64,000 nucleotides of DNA from positions 1 to 64,000 of the forward strand of contig CDRNVI010000049.1 in the NCBI GenBank assembly GCA_977017575.1, in the 5' to 3' direction. The position numbers were made by a program, and so were the translations under genes. Below, piece after piece: positions 45,807-57,541 of this stretch (within the stretch, counting starts at the first letter, position 1; every line of letters starts with the position of its first letter). Source of the stretch: Paramoeba atlantica. Lineage: Eukaryota; Protista; Discosea. The notes beneath the pieces are model-generated. The model was not told the DNA's origin. It saw only the letters and a program-made list of their open reading frames with translations, and did no database searches.

Positions 45807-46818
45807 GGGCGGTAGGGACAAATAGGATAGGGACGAAAAATTGATTTTTTTCGAAATTGCTCACAATAATTTTTTAAACGTTTTCAAATCATTTTCGTAT
45901 TCATGCAGCCATTTTCAGCGTCTCTGAGCACATAATTTTATTAACTTGTCGCACCACACTTCTTTAGTAACATGGCATAGTATTTCACTCTATCGAAACT
46001 TTTCCCATGGGTAGATCACACAGAAATCCAACACTCTGGTCGAGAGTGCAATAAGTCAGCGCGGCGAGACGTTCTCGTGGGCGCTTGAGCTCCCCTGACG
46101 ATTGCTTGGGAATGATCGGTTACTTTGTTTCTTCCCGGCGATCTGAAGGAAGTTTCGACGCTTTGATCCACATGAAATCAACATTTTCTTACCTGACAAA
46201 CGCAGATGCCTATCGCAGGACGGCAAATGCGTTTCTGAGTGAATGAAGGGCACCGGGCCGCCCCGGCTGGCCGCTGGCTCCCTCAGGATGTTCCCCCTTT
46301 GGGAAGTTGCCACCCTCCTTCAAGGGTGACACAATAGGCCCTTCACAGACGGTGGGGGGTGCGAGGTCGGAACGCCTCTACCAGTTTCTGCCGACGTGTT
46401 TAACGTTGTTTGACGACCACATCGGGTACGGGAGTTGGTTCCATGCGGGGGGGGTCCGAGTCGGTCCCCCAGACCTCAGACCTAATCGGAGGGTCTGTGT
46501 GGATCACTAACCATTGTTCTTCCTCGTGGATAGCTGACTGGTCGAATTTCTCGGAGTGTTAGACCGCCCACTATTACCGTAAGTCCCGTAAGAGAGATTG
46601 GGCCTCAGTAAGCGAGATGTGGTTCGAGGGGCTGAGCGGGTGGCTGGATGGGGGATCGTGGCTGGGATAGGTGACGGTAGCTGTGCGGGCGGTGATGTCT
46701 CTTTTAAACGCTTAAAATGGGTGTATGAACCTGCAAATGCCATAAAAACATTTAAAAGGACTTTTGAATCATTTTCGAAAAAAATCAATTTTTCGTCAAA
46801 TATTTGTCCCTACCGTCC
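45807..46818. mobile_element. 1012-bp non-autonomous TIR element with a 9-bp TSD
   Basis: TIR GG(G/A)CGGTAGGGACAAATA plus a further inverted block (GACGAAAAATTGATTTTTTTCGAAA). AAGGGATTG is duplicated at 45798-45806 and 46819-46827. Confidence 0.85.
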
Positions 46819-47311
46819 AAGGGATTGTTTATAGAAATTTAATGAGATTATATAATTCTGTAATGAGATTATATAATTCTGAGTCTCACTTTTATAATTA
46901 TAAAGCTCAAATTCTTCATTTTTTATCTAGAAAGACACCTGTACCACATACTTCGCACAAATAAATGCTTCCAAGTTGAACGAAGTGTCTCGAAAATCAA
47001 GAATTTGAGGTCCATAATAAGAAAAAATCAGTTATCAAATCTCATTAATAATTATAAACCATAATTATAATTATAAACTAAAAAGGTTTATAGATTATAA
47101 TTATAATTATTAATGAGGGGGAGTACTGTGTCTGAAGGAAATGATTCTGATTGGGATCCGGACGATGATCTCTCGAGTTCTTCTATTTGTGATACTGAGG
47201 AATGGAGCGATAAGGAGACTCTCGAAGCATTCAGCGAACTTCGAGGTGTGTCTGAAAGTTCCAAACAAGAACACATCATAAAACATTTTACTGATTCTAC
47301 TGTCGGATTTG

Positions 47312-47446
47312 ATGACCATACCATAGCGATACCATAGCGATGAGGAGACGGAGCTACCCTATAGATACCCTATAGATACCCTATAGATACCCTATAGATG
47401 ACCATACCATAGCGATACCATAGCGATGAGGAGACGGAGCTACCCG
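47312..47446 (+). repeat. Local duplication with 11-bp tandem repeats (ATACCATAGCG, ATACCCTATAG)
   Basis: GATGACCATACCATAGCGATACCATAGCGATGAGGAGACGGAGCTACCC occurs twice, separated by ATAGATACCCT repeats. Confidence 0.8.
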
Positions 47447-47557
47447 ATTCCACTGTTTTATATGAAGGACAGCTGTTAAACATAATGGAAGAAAGAGTTT
47501 CAAGTTCCAATGTGGAGGAGATCACTGAAGAAACCATCCCCCGAATAGAGGTACCCA

Positions 47558-48037
47558 TTGTCACGGAGTCATGCAACCGAGAAATCAGTGATACTATATA
47601 CACTGTACTATATCAGTGATACTATATACTATATTCCGGATACCTGTATGGAGGAATACGAAGCAAAACTTAGGTCCCTCCAAAAAGCTTTGTCCTCTAA
47701 GGCGAGGACTATACTCGTACTCCGCAGAAAATTATATTCTTCGAGGTCAGAAATTGTAAGACTGAAACAAAAATTGGACGAAAAGGGAAATCTTCTTAAT
47801 GATGCAAGATTTAGAGAAAGAGAACTTACCATCGAGCTTGACATGGTTAAAAATGAGCTCCAAGAGTCAAACGAAAGGTGCGAGTGCTACAAAAAACAGT
47901 GTGAAGTCCTAAAGATCAACGAAAACAAGCTGCTGGCGTCGATGTCCCGCCTCAGAAAAGAGAATTATTTTTCTACAAACCTCGCCTCCGTGCAGAAGAA
48001 CAAAAGATCGGGGCGCCCAATGAAGAGAGTACTATAA
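47558..48037 (+). CDS. Coiled-coil ORF, probably a TE-derived fragment
   Basis: Heptad-rich 159-codon frame within a repeat nest. Frameshifted continuations follow downstream. Confidence 0.35.
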   Translation: MSRSHATEKSVILYTLYYISDTIYYIPDTCMEEYEAKLRSLQKALSSKARTILVLRRKLYSSRSEIVRLKQKLDEKGNLLNDARFRERELTIELDMVKNELQESNERCECYKKQCEVLKINENKLLASMSRLRKENYFSTNLASVQKNKRSGRPMKRVL

Positions 48038-49360
48038 ATCGGAAAGGGCTCCCTCGAATATGGTACGGAAAGGATGGGTTGAGGGAAAAGGGCATTACTA
48101 CCTTAATGCTGCGAGAGGACGACGTGTCTGGAGGAGCGTTTCTTCAAAATCTTGTTTTCACGGACGAAGTAAACATTCATAGCGTGATTTCACGTGATCT
48201 CTTCTTGGGCCTCACCCGCAGCCAGATTTGGCCCGATTGATGCCAGCATCGACTGCGATCCCGTACACCATGTGCGAATCTACATACTGTACATGTCCGT
48301 GCGGAGTTTCCCCCAAACCTCGTTCGATAGAATAGTCCCGTTTTCGTGTCATGTTTTCAGATTTTTTTGTGGAATTGCCTTTCTAATGCAGGTACTTCGC
48401 TCGCAGGTACCGGGCGTAGCTATTCGTACTTCTTGATTAGCCATGCAAACCGACTCGAGGGAAGGTTCGTGAAGATTTGCAGGTGTGTGAGAACCTTCTC
48501 AACAAATCTTTTTACTACCGCATATTTTGGTACGGAGACCTCCTTTAGTTTCTCTGGCCCTCTCCCTCCGTTCATGACACTCTCGTCGGTGCCTGTGATA
48601 TGCGTTTTTGAATCGGCGGTGCGAAAAGAACGTACATCCCTCTTTAGCACACTCCAAATGCCTGACAAAATTGCCTGGCACCGTGACTGCATGAAAAAAA
48701 ATGAAGTCACTGACACCAGATTTATCCCATTTGGCAATAGTAAATTAGCCATGGGGCCGCACCTACAAGCGAGTGATCTTCCCGGCAGCACCGAAGTGCG
48801 TCGAGAAGGCTGGTTTGTAGGCGCGGAAATTAAATATAGATGAAAATGATCTCTTTAAAAGGTATATTATGTTATGTGTACCTCACTTTTGGTGATATAC
48901 ATGTATTACATCCGACAAATAGTTTATAATTGCAATTTATTCAAAAAGTTCTTATTAATTCAAATAACATACTAATGCTGTGTTTTTTTTGTGCTGTGCA
49001 TAATCTAAAGTCAATGTCAGCCGCATAAAGATCATAAATTCCACGAATCAAAATATCCGGAAACCAAAAGATTCCAAAAGAAATACGCACAACGTAGTGG
49101 AAAGCGTCACTCAGACGCTGAGCCATAAAGACCTCGGATCATAAAATCCGGAAAACAACAGAGTAATTTTTCACCCCCCTCTTACCCCCCCTTAATATGT
49201 ACATACCCCAAAAACGTGTGCATATTAAAGGGGGGGGTCTCAGTATGTATTTTAACCTTATTTAAAATATGGCTAAAATTTATAACAAAATAAATTTATA
49301 TAAATTTATAACAAAATAAAAGATATTTCTGAAGATTAATGAAAGTTTTTCACACGAATT

Positions 49361-51175
49361 ATGAAAGTACATGAAATTACCAATCGAGTGCAGCTAGCTC
49401 GAAAGAAAATGGACAGTTCAACTGGCTCCGAAAACTTCGCCAACACATTGGAAATGACGAAGCTTAAAACTGCGACACACGACGAAAATATCATGCACCC
49501 GGCAAATCATCATGAAAAAGACGGAGTTGCCAACCTATCCGAATCATACGAACCTAAGGGAAAATATGCCAGAATGAGCTCCAATTCTATCATGACAACT
49601 CAAAAAGTGAATGAATGTGATAATACGCGTGATTGGGAACTGCAAGAAAAAACTTCTCTTTCACTAGCGAAGTCTTCTATCGACGCTTCTTGTCGACGCC
49701 TGGCTCTGGAATATGAGCAATTCTCGTTTGATAGATGTATGACCACGCGCATGTACAGATGGATGCGAAGGGAGTTGAGCAACTCTTGCTGGAGACAGAT
49801 GGAAGTGCATGCCAAGAGCTTGATATCAGATGCTCCTCGTTCTATGTGTTGCGCACCCAGAAAACTTCTAGGTCTTCCTAGGGGAGAATCTCAATTTATT
49901 GTAGGTACCATGAACGGACGTCTTCAGCTATGTGATTCTTCTACACTCGAAGGGGTGCCTTTAACCTACCAAGATAGCGAAATATCATACCACAATAGGC
50001 AGAGTACTTTGCACAATGGCAGGATACTGTGTGTCAACTGGTCTCCACATTGGTACGGGGTAGGTGATACTGAAGAGGGAGATAAGCATAGAGGAATTTT
50101 CACAGCATCAGCTTCAGACGATGGGTCAGCGAACGTTTGGAAAAATCACGAACACCAAGTAGCTACATTGCGCCACCCCACGACAGCAAATTATCAAATG
50201 CGTTTCGTGGGCTTCTCTCCCACGTCATCGCAGCACATCATCACAGCCGCCTCTGAGGGATCATGGGTACTTTGGGATATTGATCGAATAACATGCGAAA
50301 AAGGAGTGGAGGCACAGCGACCTATTTTTTTGCAAAGACACGAGTCGCCGATCACTTGTTCGGATTGGCAATCCGATGGCACGCTTGTATATTGCGGTAA
50401 TCAATCAGGAAATGTTACAATATGGGACATAAGATGTGCCAAGGTAGTTGCATCAATATCTCATTCATCCGAGCGAGTGCTCACTTTGGCTGCTCATCCT
50501 ACTGATGGGGTCTCGCTCGCCGTTGGAGGCGAAGACAATTTGGTATCAGCGTGGGACATAAGACAGCCTAAGCGCTTCTCTTCTCTTCTAGCTGCACATT
50601 CTAAAATGGTAACCAGCGTTCGTTTTGGAATCGCTTCTGAAGTTACCAAGCAAAATGCCTCATGCAATTCCTCTTGCATCTCTTCCTGTAGCTTCGATGG
50701 AACTGTGGTTCTCTGGGATTATTTGCCTAACATTTCACGAGATTATGAACATCATGAAGTCACCAAGGGCTCGAGATGTTCCAACGGCGAGATATTGTCT
50801 GTTTTGAGTGGTCATGACAGTCGCGTGTTTGCTTGTGATTTTGCTTATTTGATGGATTCTTCCGCCCGCACTTCACAGGTAAGATTGATCAGTATAGGAT
50901 CTGATCGCACGTGCCTAAGCTGGGAAACTCCGAGATTGACACGTGATGCCCATCTTACAGACGCTTTGGAAAGTGAACATGGTCCTAGTCTTCAATATTG
51001 CTCAAGGCGTGCATCAAGTACTATAGCATCATCATACAAACAACCCGTGCTCGAAACGTTAACCAGTAATGATTCCAGTTCCGTAGTCACACCCTCAAAA
51101 TTCAAAGAACTTTCTGAATCAGATCTTTTAGAAAACGAGTTAGAGGAGGAAATGAGCAGCCATCACGAGCACTGA
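49361..51175 (+). CDS. PRP4: U4/U6 snRNP WD40 protein Prp4-like
   Basis: Seven WD repeats with the Prp4-like series SDWQSDGTLVYCG...IWDIR, HPTDGVSLAVGGEDN...WDIRQ, AHSKMVTSVRF, SCSFDGTVVLWD, GHDSRVFACD, SIGSDRTC. Confidence 0.7.
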   Translation: MKVHEITNRVQLARKKMDSSTGSENFANTLEMTKLKTATHDENIMHPANHHEKDGVANLSESYEPKGKYARMSSNSIMTTQKVNECDNTRDWELQEKTSLSLAKSSIDASCRRLALEYEQFSFDRCMTTRMYRWMRRELSNSCWRQMEVHAKSLISDAPRSMCCAPRKLLGLPRGESQFIVGTMNGRLQLCDSSTLEGVPLTYQDSEISYHNRQSTLHNGRILCVNWSPHWYGVGDTEEGDKHRGIFTASASDDGSANVWKNHEHQVATLRHPTTANYQMRFVGFSPTSSQHIITAASEGSWVLWDIDRITCEKGVEAQRPIFLQRHESPITCSDWQSDGTLVYCGNQSGNVTIWDIRCAKVVASISHSSERVLTLAAHPTDGVSLAVGGEDNLVSAWDIRQPKRFSSLLAAHSKMVTSVRFGIASEVTKQNASCNSSCISSCSFDGTVVLWDYLPNISRDYEHHEVTKGSRCSNGEILSVLSGHDSRVFACDFAYLMDSSARTSQVRLISIGSDRTCLSWETPRLTRDAHLTDALESEHGPSLQYCSRRASSTIASSYKQPVLETLTSNDSSSVVTPSKFKELSESDLLENELEEEMSSHHEH

Positions 51176-51785
51176 GCGAGAAAACAAAAAGATGTAGAGT
51201 TTTTCGAGATTTTGGTCGTAACTTATTTTTGTAGCTAGCTCTTTTATAGCTTTTACAGTGGCAGGCTCTTTTGTAGCATTTACAGGTGCAGGCTCTTACA
51301 CCTTTTGTAGATGCTAGAAGGATTTTTGACGTACAGGGGGGTTAGCTAAATCTGCAAATTCTAACTTTTTGTCTCGGTCAAATTTTGATTTTGGAAACTC
51401 GGCCAATTTTGGATTTTTATCGCGCTTTTGAGAGCTCTCGCATAGCCTTTTAGTGTACTAAGCTTCTATTCGCGTTCATTTAAGTCCTGTAAAACGCACG
51501 TGAAGAAAAATGTCAAGAGTCTTCAAAAAGAACAGATCATAGTACACGCACAGTACAAGAATGAAGATTTCAGTTAAATAACGAGAAAAATGTTTCATAG
51601 ACTTTCCTTTCGCATTGTACTCGGAAGCATAGAGAATGCGTATTTTGCTTTAATTTTACCACAAACACAATGTCCTGTTGTCATAAGTTTCGATTCTATG
51701 AGTTTCAATTATGGATGCGCTTATAAGACGAAATTCGAGTTTCAACATCTCTCCGCAGCAATAGACAACCCTACGAAAAGTTTTC

Positions 51786-54200
51786 ATGCTTAGGCGTATA
51801 TCCTGTCTGTGTATTATTCCTGCGTCGCAGCTAAATCCACTCTCACCTCTCGTACCATCTTTTTCCCTTGTGGGTGCTATGGTACAGGACATACAGGATC
51901 GTACTATAAAAGAAGAGTATACACTGTTTTTTGAGCAATTATCTACAGAGGAGCAGATCAGAATTTTCAAAGAGAATACGCACCGCTATCGTAGTTGGAT
52001 GGAAACCGCTATAGCGCTGCGTGACATCGACGTTGTGTCACGTCTGGTGAAATTTGTTCGCGAAAACAGTTCTGTATTACACTCAAATCCCATGTCCGGT
52101 GGTCTAGTTCCTTATTATTATCATTGCCTGCTTCGAGTTTTTACTCTTCATAGAGATTTTTCTTCCTTGGAACAGCTTTTACAGGTTATGGAGGCTCGAG
52201 CTGCCTCTGATCCTATGAGTTCTCTTATAAATAGCAACACTCTAGCATGGGTAATGTGGGTCGCCCATCGGTGCGATGACTTATTTACACTTGTAAGAGC
52301 ATTTCAATTAACGAGTCACACTCGACATGCTAATTCGCAACGCGTACTCGAAAAGGAAAGTGAAGATTATTTGTTTGCTGATTGCGAAGGAATCGCGTGC
52401 GAAGCTTCTAAAACAGTTGCTCCGACCGTTTCAATGATGCTGTATATTGTATCACAGTGTTCCGCACCAATGGCGGGCTTAATTTCAAAAATAGGACGCA
52501 CAAAGAACTCGAAATTCAGTATGAAATTGATCGAAACGGCTAACTTTTCTTGTTCTTTGCCACCTGAACTAGGTGTCTTGCTGGCGGCAACGCTGAAAAT
52601 GCTTGATATTCGTATGCAATCTATTGACTACATCTCTCTTCTGATGTGTGTTCTGAATAATCATAATAGATTCTCCCGGATCCAAAGGACTATTCTTTAC
52701 CATTGTCATACATCCGATGTGAATAACGATGGATATAGCAGCTTTCAATGTCTGGTGGAGCGCATTAGTGTACCCAAGTCAGTTATTTCTGGGCATCAGC
52801 AACGATGTACTCAACTTGTTGATTCTATAGTACGTACAGTACACGAATGTCTGGTTAAATGCGGTAAAGATATAAGAAAACCAATGCGTTTAGGATTTAC
52901 ACAGTGCCGTCACGTCACCTTAGAAGGATGGGTGAGATCTGTGCTCCACCTAGCATGTGAAGAACTCACTGACCCTTCAGCCATTTTTGATGCACTTCTG
53001 ACTTGGGGAGATGTCCAAAAACGGCGTATATTTGTGTTGGACGTATCGCTGCAACTTATGTCCGCACTTGCGAGGGATACCACAAATGCAAGTCAAAATA
53101 GAAAATCGGAGGATGTCCTTCTTACTTTGAGAAGCAAAATAATAAGAAAATGTAGACCTTCCATACAGGCTCAGGAACTTCATTTTCACCCAATGTTTAC
53201 TTCAGTTGCGTTATTCGCTGACAATTTAATGCATTATTCTTCTGGGTCGCGGTTATGGGCGCAATTTAGTGCTTTGGCAGATGCAGCTTTGTCCCATCCA
53301 AAATATGAGGATGGCACTCGACTATACGTGAAATCTCAGAAATTAATGTTTCTTCAAACTGAGGATCTTAAACAAAACTTGCAACACATATTACACACTG
53401 GAATGAGAATGCGCAGTGATCAAAAAATCTCCTTCAGTGTGATGCGCGAGGCCGTTAGGTGCGCACTAGACGCATGCGCCCGCTGGGTTCCAAAAGACCT
53501 AAAGCTGAATGAACTTTCGATGAAAGCGAGGTACAAGTGGTGGACATTCAATGATTGTAGGGACATGGCCTTATCACTGTACGGCTCTGTTTCTGAGGCC
53601 AATGAAAAAATGAAAACTATATTCCTGAATAACTGTATACCCCCGGCCATGAAGGGCTCTGTTTCTTCAGAAGAAGAATTCTTCTTCGCGAAGAAAGTCG
53701 ATTCATCAGTTCACAAGCCCAGTAAAGTATTACAGCGAAAAACGTCGTGCTGGTTACAGCTCCCCGATACCTACATTCCTGATCACATGACAGATCCCCA
53801 TGTATACAACATGTTTCCGCGTATTAGATTACCCGCAGAATCTACCGCACAAGGCATTCATTCAGCTATTCGTCAGAACAGCATTGATGTTTTCCCACAA
53901 ATATATGAGATGATAAAGAACTGTCACCTAAACCAGAATACTTGGTATTTAAACGACAAGGACACAGTAATACGACTTGTTCGTTGCCTATTACATCGGC
54001 TTGATTTCGACGGTGCGATTGGGGTAATGCGTGCAGCTATTCGACTTCTGGGATATGGGCATAAAATGGACCGCGATATACAGAAAATCTTTTCTGAAAT
54101 ACACGATCCAAGTGGATCAATTTGCTTTAAGCTTGCATCAGGAATAATGGATGGAGAAGTACATCAAACTAAAACTCGTCACTATGCACCAAAAGTTTAG
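51786..54200 (+). CDS. Hypothetical 804-aa helical protein, possibly mitochondrial
   Basis: Long clean ORF on the cluster strand. The MLRR start resembles kinetoplastid mitochondrial presequences. No family recognised. Confidence 0.8.
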   Translation: MLRRISCLCIIPASQLNPLSPLVPSFSLVGAMVQDIQDRTIKEEYTLFFEQLSTEEQIRIFKENTHRYRSWMETAIALRDIDVVSRLVKFVRENSSVLHSNPMSGGLVPYYYHCLLRVFTLHRDFSSLEQLLQVMEARAASDPMSSLINSNTLAWVMWVAHRCDDLFTLVRAFQLTSHTRHANSQRVLEKESEDYLFADCEGIACEASKTVAPTVSMMLYIVSQCSAPMAGLISKIGRTKNSKFSMKLIETANFSCSLPPELGVLLAATLKMLDIRMQSIDYISLLMCVLNNHNRFSRIQRTILYHCHTSDVNNDGYSSFQCLVERISVPKSVISGHQQRCTQLVDSIVRTVHECLVKCGKDIRKPMRLGFTQCRHVTLEGWVRSVLHLACEELTDPSAIFDALLTWGDVQKRRIFVLDVSLQLMSALARDTTNASQNRKSEDVLLTLRSKIIRKCRPSIQAQELHFHPMFTSVALFADNLMHYSSGSRLWAQFSALADAALSHPKYEDGTRLYVKSQKLMFLQTEDLKQNLQHILHTGMRMRSDQKISFSVMREAVRCALDACARWVPKDLKLNELSMKARYKWWTFNDCRDMALSLYGSVSEANEKMKTIFLNNCIPPAMKGSVSSEEEFFFAKKVDSSVHKPSKVLQRKTSCWLQLPDTYIPDHMTDPHVYNMFPRIRLPAESTAQGIHSAIRQNSIDVFPQIYEMIKNCHLNQNTWYLNDKDTVIRLVRCLLHRLDFDGAIGVMRAAIRLLGYGHKMDRDIQKIFSEIHDPSGSICFKLASGIMDGEVHQTKTRHYAPKV

Positions 54201-55380
54201 TGATGATAATTTGCATAAAAAGAAAAAATGGATGTTTCATTCACACCATCAAAGTTGGGATACATTTAGTTTTTCTTTTTTATGCTCTTCGTTAAACGCG
54301 GTGGTGGTTTTCAACGCGAAGCGGGGAGCAACCGGGAACACGGTTTAAGTTGAAAACAACCACCGCGTTTAACGAAGAGCACAAAAAACACAATTATACC
54401 TAGGAGGTACAATAGGTGTCCCTAGGTATAATAACCCGGAGTAAAATAATAGTGGTATAAAATAATAGGGTATAATTCTTTTTTAGGCTCTTCGTTAAAC
54501 GCGGTGGTTGCTTTCAACTTAGAAGTCACTCATGCTGCGCGCTTCGCGTTGAAAACTACCGCCGCGTTTAACGAAGAGCCTAAAAAAGAAAATTTAGCCT
54601 GGAAAACGGAAAGATTATAGCCAAAAATAGCCGAATTTCGGGTACAAATGGGGTCATTTTCGCATATGTTTGCTCTCAGAGCACTAAATCCGACATTTGC
54701 GCCTGGGAAATCACTCGCAGGCATGAATGAAAGCCTACCGAACGTATTGGGTAGAGAATGCGACTCCAACCATACCATTCTTTCGACACCAAAATGCCCC
54801 TTTAGGTCCGAAAAATACTTTTTCACCTTTTTTAGTCAAAAATGGGTCATTTTGGGGGGCGCACCACAGTTCGAAGAAGTGATACCTTGCGAAAACAACT
54901 GCGTAGAAAGCTAGTGTAGGTCCCAAACTATCAAAATACAATAGGGGAAACGATTTTGGAAAAATATTTTTTTTGTCATTTTTTTCGCCAACTAGAAATT
55001 TTTTTCAAAAACTTTTTTCGAAAAAATCCGAACTTGGCGGACCCGTCCTGCGGATACGCGGGGGGGTCACCCCCGGGTAGGGGGGTGGAAAATGCGCGCC
55101 AAGACCCCGGCTACCCTTTCTGCGGTTTTTTTTCGAAAACTAATTTTTTCGAAAAAATTTGCTCGACCATGCCCCCCCCCCCTGGACCCCCCCCCCTGGA
55201 CCCCCCCATGGACCCCCCATTTTTTTCAAATTTTTTTTTCAGTTTTGGACCACCGGAGCCCCCTTTTATATTTTTTTCTTCTATTATATTACTGTGTTCC
55301 TCTTTATATTTTCACTGTTTTTATTCCCTTTTTTTTCAATAATCGAGTGTAGAGCGGTAGTTTTACAACCACCGCAATAA

Positions 55381-55604
55381 TAGTGAGGTATTTTCGGACT
55401 GTTGTTTCCCGGATTTTTTATGATCCGAGGCCTTTATGACTCAGCGTCTGAGTGACGCTTTCCACTGCGTGGTGCGTAGTGAGGTCCTTCGGACTCTGTT
55501 GTTTCCCGGATTTTATGATCCGAGGCCTTTATGGCTCAGCGTCTGAGTGACGCTTTCCACTACGTGTTGCGTAGTGAGGTATTTTCGGACTGTTGTTTCC
55601 CGGA
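55381..55604 (+). repeat. ~96-bp tandem repeat (2.3 copies); inverted copy at ~49089-49162
   Basis: Unit contains GGATTTTATGATCCGAGGCCTTTATGGCTCAGCGTCTGAGTGACGCTTTCCACT. Its reverse complement is at ~49095-49150. Confidence 0.85.
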
Positions 55605-56064
55605 AATTCAGGAGTTTACTTTCTTTTGCGGCTCTTTTCTCGCGTTACAGCTTAACTCCTTTTAACTGAACAGCCTTGGCTTTTTCAACTTCAGCGATGC
55701 TGCACCTTTCACGCAATTCATTAATCTTTTTCATGATATCCGCTCGTTCATTTTAACAAGATACGATCTTTTTCTACATCGGTGTGATTTTCTTTTTCAG
55801 AGAGGTACATTGTTTAGCTTTAACCCGACAAAGGTCTCGACTGTCTCTCAACTCGGCCTCAATTTTTCTTCCGTTTCCGTCGGCAAAACGTCATGTGAAG
55901 TCGTGATGTGCTCGACAAGATTCAGTTCCACTCCTGCTGCATGAGAAGTCGTGATATGGTCAATCAGGTTCATTTGCTCTTCTGTCAACAGGAGGAGAAG
56001 CAATCTTTCTTTTTGCATCGCACCGCGACCTGCTGCCGAATGCTGTGGCCAGACCGTGCCCGCC

Positions 56065-56190
56065 ATACAGTATTTAATTCCGGTAATACAGTATTTAATT
56101 CCGGTAATACAGTATTTAATTCCGGTAATACAGTATTTAATTCCGGTAATACAGTATTTAATTCCGGTAATACAGTATTTAACTCCGGTC
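56065..56190 (+). repeat. 21-bp minisatellite, 6 copies
   Basis: ATACAGTATTTAATTCCGGTA x5, plus one variant copy, with no spacers. Confidence 0.95.
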
Positions 56191-56468
56191 AGGTGGTACT
56201 GTCTGTTCGTCGGCATAGCGCACCCCACCGTCCGAGCTACCCTATTATTATTATCATTACTCAAAGCCTTTGGAATTCTCAACAACTCAAGTTTAATTCT
56301 CGACAAAAGTCGCTTTCTCCTTTTATTATAATAGACATTATTAATAATTTCTATTATAAAAGGATCCCAATTATTAATATTTATTGGCGTTGTAGTAGTT
56401 TGGAGGAGGTTAGTTTACTTGTCTGGAGGATTGTGTATTTTTTTCCCTATATCGCCTCAACTAGTTTA

Positions 56469-57541
56469 CCCATCTGGAGGCAAAGCCCAACTGTGAGCGA
56501 AGCCCACGTCTAGAGGCAAAAGCCCCCGTTTGCGAGCAACTGTAGGCGTAGCCCTGGGACAGAATTATATTTTTTGGCGACCCGCGCGCTCCAGCGCGAA
56601 CGAAGCGAACGACGAGATGACGCGGGCTCATCGCATGAATTTTTTCGCAGAATTGGCTAACGGTTCCCCCGCTATCAACGATGGATCCCGCGTGAGTCGT
56701 ACCCTAGAAGACATCCGACGTTTTTGCAAGGAGGTTAGAGTTTTCCGCAGCGATGAAGACAGCGATTCGGATTCTGACTAAAAACAAACGTTATCCATGT
56801 TAGTCCGCATGTAATGATTCCTCACAGGATATTACTTTCTCAATTCTGTGTCAGATTCAGGATAAATCATTCAGTATCCTACAGTATCCTACATTCAGTG
56901 TCCTACACTTCACTACATACGTTGACAACGCCTGCGTAGCCAAAACTACGAAATTCAGTGAGCTTCGCAAATTGCTTCCCACTAACGACGCACAGGGGAA
57001 TCCTCCGCGGGGTACGGCTCAGGCCCGCTCACGCGGGCCCTCGCCGTTTCGCGGCCGCGCGCACCCCCGCTCACGCGGGGGCCCCCGCGGGGCCAAAATG
57101 GGTACTAAAATTTGTTATCAAGGTAGTTGGTCTAGATTATCAAGATTATCAAGTAGTTATCAGTTGGGCCTTTCTTCCTCCTCCCTCTAAGGTCCTGCAG
57201 ATTTTTTACGGTCACAGGGTACGTTCGTTGAGTACTCAACGAAAATCCGGATTTTCGTTGAGAAATCAACGAACGTACCCCCAAGCCAAACATTCTAGCA
57301 AAAAAAAGAAACCACCCACCCAACCAGAATCCTGCGGAAGTGGCAGACATAGGTTCTCAGTGCGCGACCCGCGCGCTCCAGCGCGGGTCGCCAAAAAATA
57401 TTATTATGTCCCAGGGCTACGCTCACAGTTGGGCCTTGCTCGCAAACGGGGGCTTTTGCCTCCAGAAGTAGGTTCGCTCACAGTTGGGCCTTGCTTGTGG
57501 ACTTCGGCTTCGCTCACAGTTGGGCTTTGCCTCCAGATGGG
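56469..57541. mobile_element. 1073-bp TA-flanked non-autonomous element with long TIRs
   Basis: TA-CCCATCTGGAGGCAAAGCCCAACTGTGAGCGAAGCC at the left end and its exact reverse complement ending GATGGG-TA at the right end. Inverted similarity extends for more than 100 bp. Confidence 0.75.

Noticed and set aside
56065-56190. Possible CRISPR array
   Set aside because: The 21-bp units are head-to-tail with no unique spacers, there are no cas genes, and the context is eukaryotic. It is a minisatellite, and ORFs 55848..56306, 55908..56513 and 55951..56331 are by-products of it.
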